A DNA stretch of 64,000 nt. It comes from Nemertoderma westbladi (Eukaryota > Animalia > Xenacoelomorpha). The notes under the pieces were generated by a model, which did not search any database, was not told the DNA's origin, and saw only the letters and a program-made list of their open reading frames with translations. The position numbers were made by a program, and so were the translations under genes. This document shows, piece after piece, positions 38,301 to 51,743 of this stretch (its first letter is position 1; each line of letters opens with the position of its first letter). The stretch covers positions 19,108-83,107 of the forward strand of contig JAUCBJ010001560.1 in assembly GCA_032718475.1 (NCBI GenBank), written 5' to 3'.

Positions 38301-41300
38301 TTATGAATCCCAGTTAGGCAATCCGGCCAAAGCGTTGTTGCTATGGTGAATGTGGGTGGAAGTAGGGTAACTGTTTGGCGACAGCAAACAACTGCTATCC
38401 ATCTCCTGACAGTCGATGCCTAATTCATCGGAACCAATGGCCAAACGCTCATACTCAATGCCCATCTCCGGGGACTCTATAAATCCTTGATAATCAATAC
38501 CTAAATCCTGCGAGTCATTGCCTAACTCCTGCGACCCATTGCCTAACTCCTGCGACCCATTGCCTAACTCCTGCGACCCATTGACTAACTCATGCGACCC
38601 ATTGACTATCTCCTGCGACCCATTGACTATCTCCTGAGAGCTGCCTGCGCATATGTCGCTGCTCCGCCAGACATCCAGATCGAAGTTTGTATTATAGCCA
38701 AAATCGGATTGGCTATGATCAGAACAGTAATTCGAGGATATATTAGAGTAAACCTTGGCGTCGCCATTCTGTAATTTGGCGAAACATGGGTCCTCTACAG
38801 GTAAACAGTTTGATAAGCTCATTCTTGGTTCGATTTCAAATGTTAAATCATCTGCAACATTAAGTTAAATAGTTATGTTGGGTAGGGCCTATGATTCCTT
38901 TTCGAGTTAAGTCAATTTTAATCGAATGCCCATAACTAATAATAAATATAATATTGGTACTCCAACACCATGGATGTAAACGCTCCACCGACAATCACAA
39001 ATCTGAAACTGTAAACTGTGCTCTTGAATTTCGTGTTTTGGATAGAAAAGCTTTCCAGTGTAACCTGAACCTGTACTTCTAGTGATAATAAACATAAAGT
39101 AGCATTAATAATGGTCCTCGGATTTGGATGTGAGTTGTCGGCTTAGTGTTTACTTCACTCGCTCTCCATCCAGGTTACGGGTACGCAGTCAAATTGTACA
39201 TACTTGTGTCTTAGTTAGTTCTGATGGTTTTCAAGGAAAAAATTTAAATATCCCGGTTATTTTATTAAAAATTTTATAATTTTCAGTCTAAATGCTACTC
39301 CTCTCGTTATTTTTTAATCAAATTATTTGAAATTTACCCAAAAAATTTAAAAAAAAAGTAAAAAATTAGTGAAAGAAAGTAAAACTAATTTTCTACTTTT
39401 TTTTTAATATGATATGAAACAAAGTTAGATGAATTCACTAAGGTTTACAAAAATTAGCGAGAAAAGGGGATTTTTCAAATAAAATTAAACCTTCCCGCAA
39501 AATTGATAGTCTCAATCTGACTGTCAATATGTAATAATTATGAATTTTAGTTACAGTGAGTTTTCGTGGTCGGTGATTTCATTCCGATGTCAGATTGAGA
39601 AAATCTAGTCCGTCTATCTTCCAGGAACCACATTTATTCGGTAACATAATGTTAATTTGATTGCAATGAAAACATGTGATAGTAAAATCGTTACAACTCC
39701 AAAAGTAAACATGATGGGAAGTACAGTAATACTTACCGTACATATTATTATTCGCCATTAAATTCTGCAAAAAATCTAACAACAAGGGTTTTTTTGGCAT
39801 ATAAAAGGTAACACCCCCCCCCCCCCCCCCCTCAATAATTTATTTGTGTATTACATAAATCATAAACCAATAACTCACCAGGTACAGTTTCAAGATAAGA
39901 ATTCCTCAAATTTGCTGTTGCCATGTCAGTTTCAAAGAACTGTCTATCCACACTACCCATGCCAGCAGTACCGTTCCACTGACAACCTTTAGCACTTTCA
40001 TTCCTGTCTTCCCTGTCTTCCCAGGGCCGTGTTACATTCGCACCCGGTGCGACAACTTTTCTATCTTGTTTTGCACCGCTGTTGTTTTGACCCAATTTCA
40101 CAAGTTGTTTCGCCACCCCATCACATCCAATCTGTTTAATCCTACAGAGGTTTTGGCCACGTCGAGTAGCGCTTACATTTAGTTTCGTGTCGCTATCTAT
40201 ACGATCCCTTTTCGCCATAACGTCTTTCTCAAACAGCTTAACGCTGTTGTAATTTCGATCAGTTTCAGGCACGACATATTTTCGACTCAGTTTTCCGCCG
40301 TAGTCATTTGGTTTCAGTTTCGCCTTGCTTTGATTCAGTTTCGACCATTTGCAATTTCGAGCCAGATCAGTCTCATCCTCGCTGACACTTAGTTTCCCCA
40401 CGGTGAGATTTCTACCCAATCTAGACTTGTCAACGCTTCGACCAAATTTCTTAATATTTTCAGTATTACCGGAACTAGGTAAGACGTTATCGGTCCCATC
40501 GTATTTCCTAACGGGCGCGCCAATGTCGAAAGATTGCCGGAAGACAACCCTCTTGGAACGCTGCGCCAGATCTGGCGATGTAGATTTTGAGCGGTTCTGC
40601 GATAATTAAATTAAAAGTATCGATACAAAATACGGAATTATGTACTACGAATGTGGGTAAATCTTATAAATATATTGGCCTGTTTCGTGCTAATTACTAG
40701 TTTACACAAAGGATGATTTACGTTCGATTCATGCCTATAAGAGAGGGAATTGATTCAATGCTTTCGAAACCAACTGGACTGACAACTCATTCGAATTTGT
40801 TATTATTTATCAATCATAATTATTCATCAATGCGGCTGCTCAGTTCAGCACATAGTTAGGTTAGACAATAGCTCGCTCTATACCATGCTCTATACCATGC
40901 TTTATACCATGCTTTATTATACCTGTCTATATCTGTAGAACACCAAACCCTATTCTTAGCAGAGCTCAGGACTCCCAAGATAATTATATCCAACAGTGGT
41001 GGTCACTAGTGAGTTCTTCTCCCAAATCGCTGCTCTACGTTAAGTATTTGTTCCAGGAGGAATCCTACCTGAATGTTCTACACAGGTACCCCAGACTCTG
41101 TCGGTCGCTTGCGAGATTACTTACATAATCTCACTCCGTAATGATCGAGCAAGAAACATGGAATAGCACACCCCGTAATGAACGTTATTGCCCTGTCTGT
41201 ATGTTTGCGGTCATTGAGGATGAATATCACTTTTTGCTAAAAGGCCCAGTCTATCAGGATCTCAGAGTAATTCATTTGTCTTCTCGTTACCACGGTATTT

Positions 41301-44300
41301 AGTGCAATGCAGTCAGTGAATCCACCCATGTTCCGGCTGCTAATCTAACTTCAATTTTAAACTATTTTGATATTATTAAATATATTATTAAAACTATTAA
41401 TGATATTCAAATTGTTAATCAATCCATAATTTTATGTTTAAATTACTTATTAAATTAAATTAATAATTCAGTAATTATGTCATTTTTTCATTTTTTCATT
41501 TTTTTTTCATTTTAAAATAGCATCCGGCCATGGTGGTAGGGTTCCGGGACCACGTACATAGGTTCTACACGTACAGTAGTTGATTGTTGTGACAGTATAA
41601 AGATGGTGTCTTCGTATCGGTACCAGAACTGTACAATTCCTGTTTCTCCTTAAAATACATACTGTTTTGACGTCTTGGCGATATGATTAACTACGGTATA
41701 TAGGCTGACCGGTGTATCGGTACCGTATACAGGTAATCAGTGTTGAAGTGAAAGTTATTGGTGGTGGTAGACCCCTAGTACTAAGTACAGGACTTATTCA
41801 TTACGCCCCAATGTAATATATAATAATTTCATGTGAACAGACTAGATTATATCTAAAATTACAGATTGATAATGAAAGATTTTGATTCCAAAATTGTAAC
41901 ATTACTCAACGCCGTTAGTATTAAGAGCGAGTTGTTATTTAGCACTTTACAACAACTACATTAGTGTTGTATTGGCCTGCACATTTAGTATTGGTGTTGT
42001 AATATCCTTTGTTTGTGGTAACCAATGACGGTGAACTGTAAAGTTACGGCGTCATTGGTTACCACGTAAACAATAGGTGGTATTTAATATTAATTGCCTG
42101 ACAGCAAGAAAGGCCTACAGTACAGCATTACCTACCGGTAGCTATTAATAACCAGCAGCTATAAACTATTAACATGGCTCCAAACGCCACCATAAATATA
42201 AGCTAATTTATTTATAACATAATTTATGTCATTTTTATATTTATTTATACAGCAACTAATATAATTTGTGCAGTTTCTATCACTTATAATGTGTATGTAC
42301 AATCATTTCGTAATGTTACAATTATTCGGAATAAAACTACATACATACTTGTTGCAAAGTACTTTACAGTGTTTTGATCCTCGTGGATTTATTATCACTC
42401 ACTCACTAACGTTCGTTCGTATAACAAAGCCACTCGGATCATCACACTGTAAAGTTCTACTTTACACACAAGTATGTAAATAGTTATATTTACCGCGTTA
42501 ACCTTTAGTACTGTATGCTAACATAGCTCAGTTAGCAAGGTGTCCTGCTTTCTCATTCTTCCTTGTCTATAAATTCTTGATGGCGGCTAGAATATAGGAT
42601 TACCCAACACAAAAGTAACAGAAACAAATTAAATTAGCTGACTAACAGTTAGGTCGGTCGCGTGGTCTGGGGCCATATTAAATCTGCGTTTGCGCTTTTT
42701 AATCTTTAGCGACGTAATGTAATCGCCGTCACATGGAGCCGCAGTCGTTGACACTGATTCTAAATTCAATATAAAAATACCTTAATTGGACATCTCATAA
42801 ATGAAAATCACCAAAACATTAATCGTGACTTCCGTGGTGTCCTTTGGGCGAAATGGTCTGTGTGCTAAGACAGACTTTGTTCTGTACATATTATGTATAG
42901 TAATAAGATAAAACTATATAAATACATTTACCATTAGGCCACCACAAACCGACAACAATCGAACAAATCGATAACAATGGTACAAGGTAACCCATGTGGG
43001 TGTAAAATTCGGAGGGGTGGGTTTTCGAGCCAAGATTTAACAAAATATTTGTTTTTTATTTAATCTGAAGCAACATTTAATGAGCATTTCAAATCTTAAA
43101 CTGGCTTTGCAAAATCCCCTTTAGTTCACGAGTTTTCGCCTTCATTGTTCATCTCTCACATGTAGACCTTTTCAATGATACTGGGCCTATTTGGGTGACT
43201 AACCTGGTCCCAATGATACTGGGCCTATTTGGGTGACTAACCTGGTCCCAATGACACTGGGCCTATATGGGTGACTAACCTGGTCCCAGTGATACTGGGC
43301 CTATTTGGGTGACTAACCTGGTCCCAATGACACTGGGCCTATATGGGTGACTAACCTGGTCCCAGTGATACTGGGCCTATTTGGGTGACTAACCTGGTCC
43401 CAATGATACTGGGCCTATTTGGGTGACTAACCTGGTCCCAATGACACTGGGCCTATATGGGTGACTAACCTGGTCCCAGTGATACTGGGCCTATTTGGGT
43501 GACTAACCTGGTCCCAATGACACTGGGCCTATATGGGTGACTAACCTGGTCCCAGTGATACTGGGCCTATTTGGGTGACTAACCTGGTCCCAATGATACT
43601 GGGCCTATTCGGGTGACTAACCTGGTCCCAATGATACTGGGCCTATTCGGGTGACTAACCTGGTCCCAATGATACTGGGCCTATTCGGGTGACTAACCTG
43701 GTCCCAATGATACTGGGCCTATTCGAGTGACTAACCTGGTCCCAATGATACTGGGCCTATTTGGGTGACTAACCTGGTCCCAATGATACTGCAGGAATGG
43801 GTTGACGAATTGCATCCTGATACCTTTGGAGACTATACCAATCAGGTTGTTGAATGTTGCTAGCATTCAACAGCTCTTTCAAATCGTTAATGTAGATAAT
43901 AGCAAGTCTGAGAGTCTCATATTTGCTTAATCTGTAAATGAATATATTACTATATAGGTACAGAATCACTGCTTAGTTAAACAGAATATTGCATGTGCAG
44001 CATGCAGAATCGCTGTCAGGATTCAATGTTCATTTTGACAAATGAGGCATCAACATCGGGAACATTTTATTGCCAAAACCCAACGCTACCATGAACCCTC
44101 CAAGGACGGAATGTCATGCCCGTCATTGACATTTTTTTTTATTTGACATTTTTTTTTTACTAGAAAGCCAGCAAGCTGGCTTTAAACGAACCTGCCCCTC
44201 AAACCAGTACCATGAGTGAGAGAAAATAAAAACACGATAATTGCCATCAACTCAACGATAGAAACACCAGCTTCTGGTACTCATGAGGGCCTAGTAAGCT

Positions 44301-45471
44301 ACTACTATTTATTGAATGGATAGCCCAAACTGCAGAGAAGTATATTACTTGCCAAATTTATTACTATCTAACTCTAACCCAGACAGTAATCAAACATAAA
44401 CTGTAAGTTTGTATAATGTATTACTCCACCAGATGAATAGCTCTTCCCAGTGAATCCTATGACAACATCTATAAGGTTACTCACTGCTATGTTAGGTGGG
44501 AGGGAGTTGATAATAATGAATGAGGAGGGACCCAACTAACACTACGTTTGTCTATGGACGGTCTCCTTATAGCCAGCCAGTTTACTGGCTTTTCTAGTTG
44601 AATCATATTATTCCGCAACTAAATAATTTACCCTTTTAGACGAATTTGTGCGTTTTTTTGCCGGACTAACAAATTTTGGCGACGTTCTGTGCGAGATTGG
44701 CGATATTTGAAAAGATTCTGAGGCTCAAATATGTTGCTCAAATGACTGAATATCTCAAATAAAAAAAGTTGGTGCATACTCGACGAGTTGAAATCGGTAA
44801 AATTCGACATTAAATTTTCAAAACCTGCTATTTTTCAGTGATCCCGTGATCGAAACGCCACAAAAAATATACAGTCTTGTGCGCAACAAAAATCTATGTA
44901 GAGTTTGTTATTAAAATTTTTGCGTACCTACTTGAGTTTTTGAGATATTGGATGGTTATACACACATACACAGATAACCACATCGTATTTTTGAACGGCT
45001 CAACTCTTGACAAAAACTACCCTGGCCTATTTATAGGCAGGTTCGTTATTAGACATTTTTCATAACAGCTGTTACCTCAGACTGGAGGGTGAAACGCAAA
45101 ATGATAAAATTGGATGGAATATAATTATCATAAGTATCATAATATATGCATTAGTCATCTATTATTCATTAGTGATAGTGACAGCGACATGGATTGCATT
45201 TTTCTCTAGGCCTATGCACGTTACGGTGCAGTCATTTAACATAATGCTCTATAATTATTACTTAGACTCGCATCACCCACCTGCATTTGTTCTCTGGGAG
45301 AGGAATGGCGTCCATAAGGTCCATGTAGGACTCGTTTAGTTTGTATACCCGGTTCCGTTCCCGAGCGTTGGCTTCCAGCCGTCGCTGGTCCTCAGAGCCG
45401 GGCTGCCGTAGATACTGGGAGGTGAGGTTCGCGGATGTGGAACAAATGGGATCGGGTTCGGTTGGGGTCAC
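38301..45471 (-). CDS. Atonal-related bHLH transcription factor, spliced. Exons 45281-45471, 43774-43931, probable 39879-40596, terminal 38301-38851
   Basis: Splicing at AG|gtgggt ... tttacag|A gives RRLEANARERNRVYKLNESYMDLMDAIPLPENKCRLSKYETLRLAIIYINDLKELL (atonal/NeuroD-type bHLH). The donors at 43774 and 39879 are both phase 1, matching the acceptor at 38851. Exon 39879-40596 starts in phase 0, so a linking exon is unresolved. Confidence 0.8.
41100..41280 (+). pseudogene. Fragment of a non-LTR retrotransposon ORF2 C-terminal zinc knuckle
   Basis: Translates as SHSVMIEQETWNSTPRNERYCPVCMFAVIEDEYHFLLKGPVYQDLR, the typical SHxLxIE..R.C..C...EDExHFL.CP.Y..LR motif, with a stop just upstream. 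Confidence 0.7.
42326..42495. mobile_element. Small palindromic MITE-like element
   Basis: Nested inverted pairs TACATACTTGT/ACAAGTATGTA and ACTTTACAGTG..GATCC/GGATC..CACTGTAAAGT. Confidence 0.5.
43173..43791 (-). repeat. 38-bp array, ~16 copies, made of a bHLH exon end plus its splice donor
   Basis: Minus-strand unit CAGTATCATTGGGACCAG|GTTAGTCACCCAAATAGGCC. The first copy overlaps the 3' end of exon 43774-43931. Confidence 0.93.
44159..45049 (-). mobile_element. Helentron/HINE-like element (copy 2), in the intron that splits the bHLH domain
   Basis: Colinear with 35239-36130, with the same subTIR and hairpin; inserted next to a T-run. Confidence 0.7.
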
Positions 45472-45958
45472 CTGTAGAATCACGGCTACGAAAACAATCA
45501 CAGAAAAAATTCAGATAACTGACTACTGTGCAACGTTTGAAATTAATATTAACAGTATACCAAGCTTTCTTTGGTCCTCCCACAAACAATTAGACAATAG
45601 GCCTACTTATCAAATAATTATCCGTTAACATTATTAAAAGAAAAATTTCCACAAGTTTTCCGACAAATAAACACGTTTCTTCCTCATAGGAAGGTTGGGG
45701 CGAAAGTAGAAACAGCCCACCATGGATTAAAATGGACTTTAAAATTCGAAATAATTTTAAGCTAAAGATCACCTCCAGTTTAGTCTACCACAATACCTCA
45801 TGAATATTTGCAGGAAATATTTTTTCAAAAAGTTTATTACACTACATTGGTTGGTCAGATATAGGCAGACGAATAAATCAATGTTTACAAAATCGTACCC
45901 AATTTTAGCAATCTGTTACCGTGGTAAGGAGAGCCATTAATAATGTAAATAAACTAAC

Positions 45959-46958
45959 AACTAGTATCTCCGACTGACAACGATTTTTCAAATTCCTCCA
46001 AAGCCTTTCTCATATTTAACAATCCATTGGTTTGCTCCTTTATCTTTTCAGGGGAGTTTTGACGTTTTTGTCTCCTTGGTGTGATCTTTACATCATTTGT
46101 GGGAGAAACATTGGTCTGCTGATGATTGGTTGTTGGCGGTCTGCTTGGGTGTTGAGTTAATGGCAATAATTGGTTGTGGTTGATTGTGATTGGCTGGGAG
46201 AGGGTTGGCGTAGCAACCAACTCCTCTGGAGGAATTCGGCTCCCAATAGGAAGATGGGCTAATGCTGCATGATGATTGGCCTTCACTTGCTGAAAAAAAA
46301 TAGTTACCAATAATTTAATTAAGTTAGGTAGCTCTTACATACCTACGGTTCAACTATCTCAGTATCGTAATCCTGACATGTTAAACTAATGATATTTTAT
46401 AAAATGATCCTAATCTTTAGATAACTAGGTCATGATCCAAAGATTCTAGATTAGGGATCATCCTTAAAAGTGAAGATCCTGATATAATTAAATCTAGATC
46501 CTGAAATTTCAAGTAAGGATCCTCAGAAACGAATTCAGGATCCTGAGAAAATATGTCAGGATCTTGAGGAAATAAGACAGGATCCATAGATACTATATCA
46601 GGATCCTGAGATAATTTAAACAACATTTAATCAACTTATAATATGAACTACATATACATCTGATATGCCTGTAGATATTCTCAGTTACTAATTTATTCCC
46701 TTATTGTTATACAAATAAAAGGAAGTGAATGGAATTGAATTGTGTTGAATAGAGAGAATTGAGTAAGCGAAACGAGCGCGATAATTTAAAAAATAGGTAA
46801 TTGTTTTACTTATTTTGGCTTTTAAATACGCCACGGCTGTAAATGTTACCATCACTGTATTTCTTAGTCAACACTTACCTTGTAAACAAAACTACCATTA
46901 TCTGTCTGTCGTGACGCCAACATAGGTAATCGCTTAGAATTCCTGGTTAATTCAAAAT
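45959..46958 (-). CDS. Two probable upstream coding exons (46879-46958 and 45959-46289), of the bHLH gene or a neighbouring gene
   Basis: Good acceptors (ttgttcag, tttttcag) and donors (gtaagt, gttagt), joining in frame as ...TDNGSFVYK|QVKANHH... The phase-1 end does not directly match the phase-0 exon at 45471. Confidence 0.5.
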
Positions 46959-48178
46959 CTGAACAAAACGATGTAATTGGCATATGTACGACTGAAAATA
47001 TATATAGGCTCATAAAACCCTAGATAGACGTAACAGTACGGTATGGTTTTCCCCTGTTTCGGTAATGGTGATTGGAGAGATTTATGTTGTTATGGTGTAG
47101 AATTTGTTAATGAAGAAAAAAATTAATTGAAAATTTTAATTCAAAATTACAATATATGAAAATATTTGTATTGAGTAAATGCTTAATTTGTTGTGGAAAT
47201 AAAGTATCATGCCTCTAAATTATGATGTGAAATACAGTTTTCAGCAGTGCATACTACTCCACTGTCTTAGAATATTATCTTAAATTTAAACTGCAACGTT
47301 TACTTAAATAAGGCCTAATGTAACAATGTAACCCTGGAGCAAGGTCAAGTGTCTGCTGCGGTAACGCACCTTTCAAAATGCAAACAAACTTATTTACTTT
47401 CTAATGATGGTATGGTAGGTAGGCTGCAATTATATAAACTTAATGTACCGGTAAGAATGATATGCAGTAAAGAATAGACTATTCTTCATAGAACTACATG
47501 GAATTACATTAGAGTACAATATAAATAAAACATTCACAGTGCTAAAATAGCACACGCATAATATTAATTAGTTATGTAGGTTGTGGGTAGCTACAATACT
47601 GCTATATAATTATCAATCCAGCAGTACACGTATTATAAGTATAAAAGAAAGAAGTTAATAATACTAATTGTCACCTCGGAATCCAATTATCACTATCACT
47701 TAGACATGAAGAGTAACTCCAATCCGCCCAACAATAATTGTGTGGAATGCCAAACCGGAACTCCAACATTTATTTATGTAGGCCTATTGTGTGTTGCGCT
47801 TTTTTATTAGATCGTGCGTTGTAGGTTAGTTTGTTGATATATTGGATTAATTTAATTTATTTTCTTATATAATTGGCAATTCAGACAGTAATCAGCCCAG
47901 TAGGGGGGGGGGGGGGGGGGGGGGGCTGTTGAAAACCAGTTTCCAGCGATACTAGGGGATAGGGGTGTGTGTGTGTGGGGGGGGGGGGCTGTTGAAAACC
48001 AGTATCCAGCGACACTAGGGGATAGGAGGGGGTGTGTGTGTGTGTGTGGGGGGGGGTATCACTATTCCAACCATTGCCTATAATTAATTCCACCGAAGAT
48101 TGTTCTTAGCCTTCAATCATTCGGTGACAGACCGACCAACTATTTGAATGTTGTCCCGATATTTGGGAGTTGTCCCCA

Positions 48179-50339
48179 GGGCCGAGTAACTCAAAAAATC
48201 ATGAGATTGCCCTTGAAATCCACTTCAAGGTCACCTTGAAACTCAAGTTTTACCTTGACTAAGATTTTCTTGAGTTTCAAGTCAAGCGCGTAACTCAAAG
48301 CAATACTTAGTCAAGGTGGAGCTTGAAATTTCAATGCTCACCTTGAGAATTAAAGATTGGCGACATATTTGTTTATTTCAGCAGTTGCCTTAGTTATGCA
48401 GTGAAACGAACTGTATAATCCCTGCAGTATACAGTTAGTAGGGCTATTGAATACAGGTTAAACCACTGTTGCAACACTGGCAATGGTAATTTCTATAACA
48501 CCACGGAACTTATAAACAGTTGTATAGAAAGCTGTAGTTAGTTTACCGACTACAGTAGCCTGTGAGGGGGTGAGCAATGTACTTCTAAAGGGAGGGGGGG
48601 GGGGGATATTTTTCGATACCACATTTTTTGAAACCAGCATGTTCATTTTCATCATATTTTCGGCCACTTTTTATGTTTTAATTTTCTATATCTGATAATT
48701 GCCAATTTTGTAAAAAAAAAATTAAAAAAAAAATGAAAAATAACATGTTTTTTCTAACTTATAATTGGAAAAAATTGAGAAATATTAATTGAAATTATTG
48801 CAGCAATCAGATCAGTATACGATGGTTCGACAACATTTGTGTCTACTGTTGACGGTGACACAGAACCATTTGAAGTGTTATGGGGCGTCCTCCAAGGAGA
48901 CACACTTGCACCATTCTTGTTCATAATTGTTGTTGACTATTTTCTACGCATGTCCTTAGATCATCATAATGATGATGGGGTGATGATAACTCCACCTACT
49001 GGCTCCAGAAGTCGAGGAAACCCTGCCAAGTACCTAACTGATCTAGACTTTGCTGATGACTTAGGAGTACTCTCAGAATCACTAGAGGGAGCCCAACGGC
49101 TCCTCAGCTCACTAGAACATGCTGCTTCTAGTGTTGGTCTTTTTATTAAATCCAGAAAGACCAAAATTTTGACAGTTAAATTTGAAAGTCCTCAGCAAGT
49201 CTCTGATCGGATGAGCATAAGCTCAAAATATGGTATGCTTGAGCATGTGGATGACTTATGTTACCTGGGATCATGGATCCGGAAGTCAGGTGAGGACCTT
49301 CGCATACGCAAGGGAAAGACATGGGCAGCCTTGAATAGGCTTTCCCGGATTTGGAAGTCACCGAGAATTAATCGGAAACTTAAGGTTCGATTATTTAGAG
49401 CAGCAGTAGTTCCAGTACTCCTCTATGGGAGTCCATGCTGGGCTCTAACTGCTGAGGACACAAAATCTCTGGATTGCACGTTCACAAGAATGCTACGCCG
49501 GGTTCATTGTGTCAAGTACAATGCACACATCTCCAACCAGACACTATATAACATTGTAGGTGTCTCATTGGTTCCCCCAAAGCTTGACACTAGAACAAAA
49601 TCGCCTCCGCTTTGCAGGACATTGCTTTCGCCGTGAGGACCAGCCAGTGCATAATCTTGTACTTTGGCAGCCTCATGGAGTGAATAAGCATGGTGGACAG
49701 CTCATGACTTTCTTGAGACGCATCTTAAAGGACACTGGCTTTGAAGATGCGGATGATCTAGCAAATGTCATTGGTGATAGGGAGTTGTGGCGGTGCAATT
49801 TTGTCGATAAGCCGGCACAGCATTCATAAAAATGCAGCTGCAATGCAGCATGCCGATCCTAGTAGTAGTAGAGAAATATTATGTAATCAAGAAAACTGGC
49901 CGAAATTTACTTAAGCTTAGGAAATTACCAAAAAATAAAAAATTACAAAAAACTAAAAGTAGTTTTCGTGTGAAAAAATGTCATTCAGAGATAATTGCTT
50001 TCAAAGTTCAAAAACATTTCGGGGTGGGGGGCATTCTGCAAAAATGCCTATTTTATGGTACCGGTAGCAGTAGGCTAACAGTAACAGCTAAAGCGATGAT
50101 TTGAGATACCTTGAAATTTGAAGGTACCTACATGGCTACCTTGAAATTTATCTCGAACCTTGACTTCAACTCAAGTCAAGATTTTTTGTGTTACCGGATT
50201 GAAATTTCAAGTTTACCTTGAGGAAAATCTTAATTCTACCTTAAGGTTGACCTTGACATTTTTCAGATAGGAATACTAGTAAAATAGATTCAAGGTTAGT
50301 TTCAAGGTCAATCTCAAGATTTTTTGAGTTACACGGCCC
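48179..50339. mobile_element. PIF/Harbinger-like non-autonomous TIR element, interrupted by an RTE copy
   Basis: ~40-bp TIR GGGCCGAGTAACTCAAAAAATCATGAGATTGCCCTTGAAA vs reverse complement GGGCCGTGTAACTCAAAAAATCTTGAGATTGACCTTGAAA; subterminal CTTGA/TCAAG motifs. TSD not clear. Confidence 0.7.
48790..49870 (+). mobile_element. RTE LINE, 5'-truncated (copy 3)
   Basis: RT motifs, one frameshift near 49580, (TAG)n tail, and an 11-bp TSD GAGAAATATTA (48777-48787 and 49871-49881). Confidence 0.94.
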
Positions 50340-50877
50340 ATACGTATGACTGTTTTCCTGCGTCTTTCCGGCGACATGCGGTGCCGAAACTTTTGACAAT
50401 TACTTTTAGGACTGTGATCTGCTGTTATTCACAGTGTTTGTGGATGGGCATTTTTGTCTTTGTGGTCTACTGTTTATTTATTGTAGCTTAATTAATTTAT
50501 ATACTGTATAATATAGACTGCAATTTAAATAATAACTAATTACAACTACCAGTAGATTGTTCCGGAACAAGCAACTCCAAATTATACTTTAATATTAGGC
50601 CCAAACTATTTACAACTTGGTGATCCATTTATACCAATTAAACAATTTGAAAAATTCCACCCAAGATAGTTTTAGTAACAAAGTTTTCCTTTTGCAGTGG
50701 TTTTTCATCAGCAATCGTTTTGTAATTCTATATAATTAAGGAATAAAGCTACTTTACTTACTTTTGTTGTCAACTAATTTACATGTATCTGATCCTCGTA
50801 TATCTACTGTATTTGTACACACTCACCCCTACCTTCGTCTGTGAACAATAACATAAAGTTTAGAGGTCGCTTCTGAT

Positions 50878-51743
50878 CAGGGGCGCAGCCACGTTCCCAA
50901 AAGTGGGGGGACGATAAAACAATGAGGTTCGGCATAACCACGCCCCCCCCCCCCCCCCCACACAAAACTTTTTTTTTACAAATCTTAATGAGATTGTATG
51001 AAATGTGAAACATCGATAGTTTCAACTCCCTCCTCCTCCGTGGAAGAGCCATAATTTTTATTTTCGCTTTCATTCATAAGCTACAAAAAAAAGGTGTTTA
51101 AAAGATAGAAATAAGCGCTATACAAGGACAACTCTACAGTTGATTACAGTTCTACTGTAAACCTTTCAAAAAACTCAAAGACACCTACCTAACGCATTCG
51201 TGTACAGAAAAATTCAGAATTGATTACATATTTAGTTTCCCTGCAACAACGTCATCTTCCATTCGTTACCAACGAACCCTCTATAAGATTAAAATGTCGA
51301 CTGAGATCTACTGACCTATATAAAGCAGGTAAGGATTGAAAGAAAAGGCGGGTTGATATCTCGACACGGGAAATTAACAAAAAATTTAATTATCAATAAA
51401 TTTGTTTTAGTTATTCTACCGAAAACAATATAAGACGAAATTGTGGGGATAAGAAAATACACCTTATATTATCAGACTTATATTGTCAGGGCAAAAACAG
51501 TTCATGGTGTTTGGAAATATGGGACAGGGTTGGGAAGGATTGAAATGTACGTAGGAGTTAGTAATAGTTACACTGTAATACCCGATCAGAGATTAATACG
51601 ATTATTTGAATTTTAAATTGTGTATACAAAGTGTAAAAAGTGCCGGCGACTTATGATATGGTGTCCCCCCCTACCTGAAAAGTGGGAGGGACGTGTCCCC
51701 CCCGTCCCCCCCCCCCCCCCCCCCCCCTATGGCTGCGCCACTG
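50878..51743. mobile_element. hAT-like non-autonomous element
   Basis: TIR CAGGGGCGCAGCCA / TGGCTGCGCCACTG and a perfect 8-bp TSD CTTCTGAT (50870-50877 and 51744-51751). Confidence 0.88.

Noticed and set aside
35959-45065. Twin ORFs MCATKIYVEF... at 35959 and 44877
   Set aside because: They lie within the two copies of the non-autonomous element and start at TTG; not genes.
46400-46626. QDPD-rich 69-aa ORF
   Set aside because: A degenerate ~21-bp GGATCCTGA repeat in a probable intron, without an ATG or splice support.
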